Shown: positions 1 through 7,837 of the stretch, piece after piece
Layout: the number at the start of each line of letters is the position of its first letter
Numbering within the stretch: the first letter of the stretch is position 1
From: Piromyces finnis finn
Taxonomy: Eukaryota > Fungi > Neocallimastigomycota
DNA length: 24,470 nt
NCBI GenBank assembly: GCA_002104945.1
Contig: MCFH01000147.1
Span: 1 to 24,470, forward strand
Direction of reading: 5' to 3'
Notes under the pieces: model-generated
Seen by the model: only the letters and a program-made list of their open reading frames with translations
What the model was told of the DNA's origin: nothing
The model's database searches: none
Translations under genes and position numbers: made by a program

Positions 1-1022
1 GTTATCAGAGTTGATAGAACTATTAGAATTAATTGTTGAATGTTGAGATTGAAATTGTGTTTGCTGTAGATCTGGAATATTTTCATGATGGGAAACTTGT
101 TGAAGATCTGTTGAAGATCTTGTTGAAGATCGGATTGTTGATGAGATTGTTGAACTGATTGTTGAACTGATTGTTGAATGATTGTTGAATAGAATGTTGA
201 TGTTTATTAGAAACTAAAATTTTACGTTTGAGAGTGGAAAAAGTGTATTTGTGATTCCTTCTACTACGAGCTGAAAAGGAAATTGAGGTAACTGAAAGTT
301 TCTTCTTTAACATGTGTAAGATTTTAATACAATCTTTTGATGAACCATGAACCTTGACTAAGAAAAAGTGATCATTGAAAGTTGAAAATATTTAACACTA
401 ATAACTGAATTAAATTTATCTTCTAGAATAACCTCGAGTTTTTCCCATAGCATATTTACTGACCATGATCGAATACCACGGATAAAGAAGGAGCGAATAT
501 CATCTAAGGGGATACCATAAGACCGGGTACCACGTCTGATATAATTCTTATCTTTAATATAAAGGACTGACATGATAATAATTCTAATTAAAAATATTGA
601 ATATAAAATAAATACTAATAAAAATTAAAATATAACGTATATGGAAAAAAATCTGTCTCTCTCTCTCTTCTTAAAAGTACTGGATAGTACAAAAATTGTT
701 ACGATGCTTTGTTTAAAGTTTCTTTTTTTTGAATTCTAGTTGTAAATTTTCTTTAAAAATTCTAGTTTTGGTTTGTTGTTAGTAAATTCGATTCGCTTTT
801 TGACACTAAACTTGTTTGACTTTACTTTTCATTAAATATTTAAATTGGTAAAAAATTTGAATCAAGAATGTCGACACCAGAAAGCTTGTGAATAGTATTT
901 TTACATGATGTAGAGTGAATCAGTCTCTTACAAGAAACAATACAACAATAGCTACATGAATATAAAATACAATGCAAATGCTAAAGTTGACTACATTGGA
1001 TTCTTACAAGAGAAGAGTAGTA
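1..1022 (-). mobile_element. Inverted partial copy of the LINE-A 5' end (5' UTR plus N-terminal coding region), continuing off the left edge
   Basis: ORFs 358..573(-) and 83..313(-) are the same peptides as the + strand LINE-A N-terminus (ATG 1531; MLKKKLSVTS at 1793). Confidence 0.9.
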
Positions 1023-2109
1023 CTACATGAATACATGAATAAGAAAAAATACAGCAACAAAATGTATTACTCTTCTAATACTACTCTTCTCTTGTAAGAA
1101 TCCAATGTAGTCAACTTTAGCATTTGCATTGTATTTTATATTCATGTAGCTATTGTTGTATTGTTTCTTGTAAGAGACTGATTCACTCTACATCATGTAA
1201 AAATACTATTCACAAGCTTCTGGTGTCGACATTCTTGATTCAAATTTTTTTACCAATTTAAATATTTAATGAAAAGTAAAGTCAAACAAGTTTAGTGTCA
1301 AAAAGCGAATCGAATTTACTAACAACAAACCAAAACTAGAATTTTTAAAGAAAATTTACAACTAGAATTCAAAAAAAAGAAACTTTAAACAAAGCATCGT
1401 AACAATTTTTGTACTATCCAGTACTTTTAAGAAGAGAGAGAGAGACAGATTTTTTTCCATATACGTTATATTTGTAATTTTTATTAGTATTTATTTTATA
1501 TTCAATATTTTTTAATTAGAATTTATTATCATGTCAGTCCTTTATATTAAAGATAAGAATTATATCAGACGTGGTACCCGGTCTTATGGTATCCCCTTAG
1601 ATGATATTCGCTCCTTCTTTATCCGTGGTATTCGATCATGGTCAGTAAATATGCTATGGGAAAAACTCGAGGTTATTCTAGAAGATAAATTTTAATTCAG
1701 TTATTAGTGTTAAATATTTTCAAACTTTCAATGATCACTTTTTCTTAGTCAAGGTTCATGGTTCATCAAAAGATTGTATTAAAATCTTACACATGTTAAA
1801 GAAGAAACTTTCAGTTACCTCAATTTCCTTTTCAGCTCGTAGTAGAAGGAATCACAAATACACTTTTTCCACTCTCAAACGTAAAATTTTAGTTTCTAAT
1901 AAACATCAACATTCTATTCAACAATCATTTCAAACAATCAGTTCAACAATCAGTTCAACATCTCATCAACAATCCGATCTTCAACAAGATCTTTCAAACA
2001 GGATCTTCAACAAGTTTCCCATCATGAAAATATTCCAGATCTACAGCAAACACAATTTCAATCTCAACATTCAACAATTAATTCTAATAGTTCTATCAAC
2101 TCTGATAAC
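1..2109. repeat. Long inverted repeat (palindrome): arms 1-1022 and 1079-2109, 56-bp spacer at 1023-1078
   Basis: The reverse complement of 1-1022 matches 1079-2109 (e.g. ttcttacaagagaagagtagta 1001-1022 vs tactactcttctcttgtaagaa 1079-1100; position 1 pairs with 2109). The differences I found are single-base indels, mostly in homopolymers. The left arm is cut by the window edge. Confidence 0.97.
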
Positions 2110-5100
2110 AGTTCAATAGTTGATAGTTCTTCAGTTTCACAGCCATCTAGTAATAGTTCTACTTATTCCTCTGATGCATCATCCATTAATAACGATGACT
2201 TTAATAATAATAATAATAGCAACGATTCTTCCTCATCCAACAAGCCTGATAACTTTTTCTTTTTGTCTTAGTTGGAACACCAATGGGTGGAATCATGAAA
2301 AGAGAGATAGTATTAGCTATTTCACAGCTATTTTCAAACCATTATTTCTTATGTTTCCAAGAAACTGGTAATGGTTCTGGATCGAATACAGATTATCCTT
2401 GTCGTGTTACTTTGCGAAACTATAGACACTTTTTCAAGAAAGCTGACGAATCAGTTCCGGGAATGAGAGGTTTATATTTAGGTTTTCACAATTCGTGTCA
2501 AGCCTCACTTGAAAACTTCTCTGGAAAGTATATTATTTCTATTTATACTTTTAGTCTCTGGAATAGATTCAAATGCTCGATTGGAAATGTTTATATGCCT
2601 CATAGTCATCACAACATCTATGTTGATCATGCAAAGTTAGAAGTTCGCTTGTGGTTACAAAACTCATTCATCCCATCCATCGATTCTTGTTGGTGATTTT
2701 AATATGTCTAAAGTAAAATTATCCAACTGGTTATCAACTAATGGATTAGGAGATTGGGAAATTCTTCCGCTTAGAGGGTCTACTATCTCTTGGACTCGAG
2801 GTGATCAATCTTCCGACATTGACCATGCTCTTATCAATTCGAAGATGAAAGATCTTATTCACTCAGGATCATTTATAAATAATTTTTATCCTGTATCAGA
2901 CCATAAGCCACTTCTTATTAATGGTAAAATTATTCCTATGGAAGATTTTTCTAATGACTTTAATGTTCCTAAGAAAATTTCTGAAATGGAATAGATTAAA
3001 ATGTATTGAGGAAAAGGAATCTATTATCAGTCATAATAAATTCCAAATTCTTTCAGCAAAATTCAACGATCCTAATGTTTCTACAGATGAACTTTCCCAA
3101 AGAGTTTACTTCAACTGCTTTTTCAATTGCAGACGAGCTCAGTATTACTTCAGCAAATAATGTTATAAAGTCTTCATTTCATATTTCACAACAAATTTTT
3201 AATCTCCAAAAAATCAAAATGAAGTTGTATAAGAGATTTAAAAAAGAAAGAATTTATGATATAGATGAATTTATTAAAAGAATTAAAATCTACCGTAAGC
3301 TCATTGATTACATCCACAAAAGATGTAATGAATTTAGGAAACAAGAATATCTTCATTGGATTAAAAACAGGATGTGAGTATATGAAGAGTCATAATCCTA
3401 AGAAGGCCTGGAAATGGATCAAGAAAACTGCAAAAATTGGAAAAGATTCTTTCTTTATTGCTCAACCAATTAAAAATAAAAATGGAGAATTAGTTGTTGC
3501 TACGGAAGAACAACTAGATGTGTGGCATGATCATTTCGAAAAGCTTGCATCAGATCCAAGTGGTGTAAGTCTTGATTTGGAGCATTGGTATGAAGAACCA
3601 ACGAATAAACGTTTTTCACTCCCTATGCTTGATGAATGGGATATCAACCAAGATATTAGTATTGATGAAGTCAAGTCAGCTATCCTCTCTACTCCGAATT
3701 ATAAAGCATCAGGTCCGGATGGTATTCCAATTGAATTTTACAAAGCATTAATTCCATCAAGTAATGATTCTAATAATGCTACAGATAATAATTCTTCCGG
3801 TAATACCACTTCAGATAATGATGCTTATGGTTTAAATTTTATTCTTAAATTATTCAACCGTACTTGGAATGGAGATTTCCCCAACTCATGGAATGAATCC
3901 AGTATTGTTTCTATTCCTAAGAAGGGAGATTTGACAGATTGTGATAACTATCGAGGTATATCACTTATCAATAATGGTATTAAGTTGATTTCCAAAATTG
4001 TCACCACTAGAATCTCAGAATATGGTCTAAAGAATAATTTCATTAGACCTGAACAATTTGGTTTTCGAAAAAAGGAAGAAAGTATCAGTCTTTTCATTTC
4101 AATCCAAGAAATATGCCGTAGACGTCAATTAGATAATAAAGAGACATATTTGGCCTTTTTAGATCTCAGGAAAGCATACGATTCAGTCCCAATCGGTAAT
4201 ATTCTCCATAAATTAGATTGTTTAGGAATCCGAGGTAAGAGTTTACAATTCATCAAAAATTTATATTTAACATCTAAGGCTAATGTCAAATTAGATGGAC
4301 AATTCTCGAAATCTTTTGATGTGAAGAAAGGAGTCCGTCAAGGATGCCCTCTTTCTCCTATTCTCTTTAATCTCTTTATTAATGATATATTTAAAGAGTG
4401 TGAAGATCTCGGAGTCAGTTTAGGTGACACTCGATGCTGTGGTGGACTTTTTGCAGATGATATAGTTATTTGTGCTCCAACAAGAGGATGCTTAAAAAAG
4501 ATGCTTAGAAGAGTTAATGAATGGGCATTGTATAATGAAATGGAATTTGGTATCCAGAAGTGTTCAACGATGGTGATTCGTCCTGAATCAATAGAAAATC
4601 AGAACAAGAGAGATCCAACATTTTACTTAGCAGGACAACCCATTCCAACTACTGATTGTTATACTTATCTTGGTGTTCCATTTGATAAGAATCTGTCCCT
4701 TAAACCAGTTATTAAAGCTCTTAATAACAAGGTTTTGAAAGGGCTTTTTTCAGTCAGTAAATTCTTAAGAAATCCTAATATTCCTATTCCCTTCAAAAAG
4801 CTAGTACTTAACTCACAAGTGATTAGCAGAGTTTCATACTTTGCACCATTACTTGGATCCAACAAAGCCAGGTCTAGAATTGCACAGAAGCATGTTAACA
4901 AAGGAATACGATGGGTTGCCGGAGTTCATAAAGCTGTATCGTTTATATCTTTATACTCTATCTCAAAAGATTTGAATATTCCTCCATTGTCAGCCAAATG
5001 TGCATTAGCTCAGGTTAGATGTTTTAACAAATGGAAAAACTCAAATTGTATTATCTCACACCTTGTCAATTACATTCCTAAATTTAGAAAATACACGTGG

Positions 5101-6075
5101 TGCAAATCAAGTAGGACACTTGATAAAAAACTAAAGAAGCATGGAGATGTTAAAGCAATTAAAAACTTTTATTGGAAAGATCTCAAAGGGAATTCAATCA
5201 AAGCGCAATATTATGATGATAATAAATTTATTGAAACTAAAGATTTTATTAAATTATGTTATGAGTACCCAGAGTTTGCCTATGGCTTCTACTGGCTATT
5301 GAAAGCAAGAAGCGGATACAAGTTGGATGCTAGAGTTGCCAAAGCTGCTAAATTTGTTGATCCAGTTTGTCCTAACTACTGTCCATGTTGCAAGTGTGGA
5401 GATCAAAGTATTAAACATTGGTTATTAGATTGTCCAACATTTAGAGATATCCGTATTAAACATTATGATTCTATAGTCCAGCTATTAAATTTTTTCAGTC
5501 AACGTAATTCCAATAGTCCTATCAATAATAATGAAATTGATAATATCAGTAGAGATAGTAATAACATTAATAGTAATAGTAACAATAGTAATAATAACAA
5601 TAGTAATAGTAACAATAGTAATAGTAACAATAGTAATAATAACAATAATAGAAATAATAATATTAGTAATGATAGCAATAGTGAAGATAATAATTCTAAT
5701 TTAGATAGTAATTTAGTTAATGATAGTAATAGTTCTAATAATCCGGTGAATATTAATGTGTATGATTATTCTAGTGTGTGCAGTGAAATATTTAAATTCC
5801 TTCTTGGGGGAAAAAGTTTTAACAATATTAATTACAATTCCAGGGAATGGAAAGAACTTTGTAAGCGTCAGATTCAATCTGGTACTAACGAAGGAACACC
5901 ATTCTTGACGGTAACCGCGGAACTTCTAACCAAAATCATGCCTTTTGCTATTGGCCAGCAATGGTCAATGTTCAAAAGGTTTGAAGCAACATCCAAGAGC
6001 GTCAATGCTGAAGAAACAGTAAGACAGGCCAGGAGGGCCAGCGCAACCAATGGAGATCATAATTTTGTTCCATGA
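1531..6075 (+). CDS. LINE-A polyprotein (~1,500 aa reconstructed): RRM-like N-terminus, low-complexity linker, APE endonuclease, reverse transcriptase, CCHC knuckle. Frameshifted in this sequence 5' of ~3370.
   Basis: Joining the ORF pieces across about eleven single-base indels gives one frame. APE motifs: SWNTNGW (~2270), FQETG, GNVYMP, LVGDFN, DIDH, SDH (2896-2904). RT motifs in the clean 3366-6075 part: KASGPDGIP, YRGISL, EQFGFR, FLDLRKAYDSV, GVRQGCPLSPILF, FADD (4450-4461), YLGV. CX2CX8HX4C at 5380-5433. No RNase H seen. Confidence 0.9.
1905..2250 (+). repeat. Coding tandem repeats (caacaatcagtt)n and (caacaagatctt)n plus an S/N-rich tract in the LINE-A linker
   Basis: The 12- and 9-nt units are visible in both palindrome arms. 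The consensus frame reads approximately QQSVQQSVQQSHQQSDLQQDLQQ, then NSNSSINSDNSS...NNNNNSNDSSS. Confidence 0.75.
5510..5760 (+). repeat. In-frame Asn/Ser-rich microsatellite-like tract (aat/agt/aac) in the LINE-A C-terminal region
   Basis: Translates to NSNSNNSNNNNSNSNNSN... inside ORF 3265..6075 with the frame preserved. Confidence 0.85.
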
Positions 6076-6285
6076 TAAAATTTCGATCTTTGGCTCGGTG
6101 TCCCATTGGAAGTCAAATACAATTATTATACTTTAGTATGATAGTGGCTTTCTTACTTTAATTAAAATTACTAGAATACATTATACCCAATTTTTATTCA
6201 TTTGTGTTTATTTAAACATATTTTTTTTATTTTTATTTTATTTTAATTTTTATATTTCATGTATTATAATTTTAATTAAATTAAT

Positions 6286-6310
6286 AATAAAGTTTAAAAT
6301 ATTTGATGCC

Positions 6311-6360
<50 letters not shown>
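6286..6360 (+). terminator. LINE-A polyadenylation signal and poly(A) tail
   Basis: AATAAA at 6286-6291 lies 22 nt upstream of (A)47. The same terminal motif taataaagttta..tatttgatgc(c/t)gtt(A)n recurs at ~10179-10219 and ~10893-10943. Confidence 0.85.
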
Positions 6361-6362
<2 letters not shown>

Positions 6363-6597
6363 ACTCATGCTCATGGTACTGAGAGAGTAGAAAGAATTAA
6401 ATCCAAGTATTGCGCAATGGATGCTTCCCTCTTGGGTACGTGCCTTCATTTATTTAATAAATGTAGTTTCTCAAGGGGGTCTACTCATGCTCATGGTACT
6501 GAGAGAGTAGGAAGAATTAAATCCAAGTATTGCGCAATGGATACTTGGTTAGTCTTTATTTGGAAATATTATTAGGACTAAGCTCATGGTACTGAGC
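6361..6597. repeat. Direct repeat (62-bp unit, 120-bp period) plus a third partial copy; hairpin-rich
   Basis: 6361-6422 vs 6481-6542 are 61/62 identical. The core gctcatggtactgag appears again at 6582-6596. Confidence 0.92.
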
Positions 6598-7837
6598 GAA
6601 CAGAGTTGATAATTTGAGTGTTAGTTGTTATATCATATATCCCTTACACCTTCAACTTATTTTTTAGATAGTAGTTGCTTTAACAACTTTTATAACATAT
6701 TATTTTAAACTTAAAATTGTTTGATTCGGTAGTATTAAATACTGATTTTGAATATTTCTTGATTTCATTTTTATTTTAGCTTTCATCGATAATTTGTTAT
6801 CCCAGTTTACTACTTATTCTCTTTGTTCTTTTATTCCTTTTTTATTCTTTATATGTTGATTAGTCAGATAGTTTTGTTTTTTCAGTTAGTTTGTTATTCC
6901 TTTCATTTATTCTTGAGTTTCGTGTGGGGTGCGGCTTTCATTACTATAATCATATTTAATCTTTTATTTTTTTTTCTATTTTTATTATTTTCGAGGGGCG
7001 CGGCTTTTTTATTTTTCCTTTATGATTTTATATGATTCTAGTAATATCTTTTTTTATTTCTTATTTTTTTTGTAACTCTAGATTTTCCAAGGAATCTCTT
7101 TTCTACTAACATTCTTTTGTATACTTTTTCTATCTCTTTTCTATATATATATATATTTCTTATACCTTATATTATATGTATATTTATATATCTGTATAAC
7201 TTAATTAGGTTTATTATGGACTATTATGGTAAGTATTAACACCTTTTTTTTCTTTAACATTTTTATTATCAAAGCTTCTATCCTGGAAAATCGAGTATTC
7301 TATTTTTATATTGTAAATACTACTCTTGTTTCAATTTTATCTTTTAAAAAAAAAAAAAAATTTATTATGTTTACCCAAAATTCTTCAACTTTTTTTCCAT
7401 TATTTTTGATATAACAACTTTTCACTCTTATTATCTCTCTACCTTACAACATAAACAACCCAAATGAATGTTCAATTTCAACAATCAGAATCAACACAAT
7501 ACAATAATCATCCAATAAATTATACAATTCTTATAAATATAAAGAGCTTTCAAAATACAGTTATAATACAGAAATCCAAAGTGATAGATATTCAAAATTT
7601 ATCTTCCCGTTTAAAGTCTTCAGTAGAGTTGGAACTAAGTTTGTCAACAACTTAGCCACTTTTCCAGTTATAAAATTTAAAATATTGTTTGACAAATAAT
7701 CCACTAGCTATATAATATATCCGTCTTTATTATTATTATTTTTATTTTACTATTTATTTTATTTCATTATCTTATTTATATTATTATATCAATACTTCAA
7801 ATTATTAATATCTATTGTCATAATAAGTTCTTTCAAA

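Larger units (their letters stand above)
1081..6360 (+). mobile_element. LINE-A: apparently full-length APE-type non-LTR retrotransposon
   Basis: ~450-bp 5' UTR, one long APE-RT-CCHC ORF, T-rich 3' UTR, AATAAA at 6286-6291 and a 47-nt poly(A) at 6314-6360. No LTRs. The 5' boundary is approximate and placed at the palindrome centre. I do not assign a clade. Confidence 0.93.

Noticed and set aside
1463-1520. AT-only tracts (gttata...ag) just upstream of both LINE ATGs as 5' UTR introns
   Set aside because: GTTATA is unlike the mostly GTA donors of the host introns here, and retrotransposed copies should lose introns. Not supportable without RNA data.
4665-4901. Short antisense and alternate-frame ORFs in the track (4665, 7789, 9622, 10178, 20378, 20536, 24139) and AT-rich ORFs (6823, 7226, 10422, 12114, 14822, 18890, 23892)
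   Set aside because: Shadows of real coding regions or translations of low-complexity DNA, with no motifs.
6303-6575. ORF with poly-Lys and a repeated peptide
   Set aside because: It is a translation of the poly(A) tail and the direct repeat.
6361-6600. CRISPR-like array or hammerhead ribozyme in the repeated hairpin block
   Set aside because: Only two full 62-bp units plus a fragment, in a eukaryotic context with no cas genes. ctgagaga and ctgagcga do not match the CUGANGA core and there is no complete three-stem junction.
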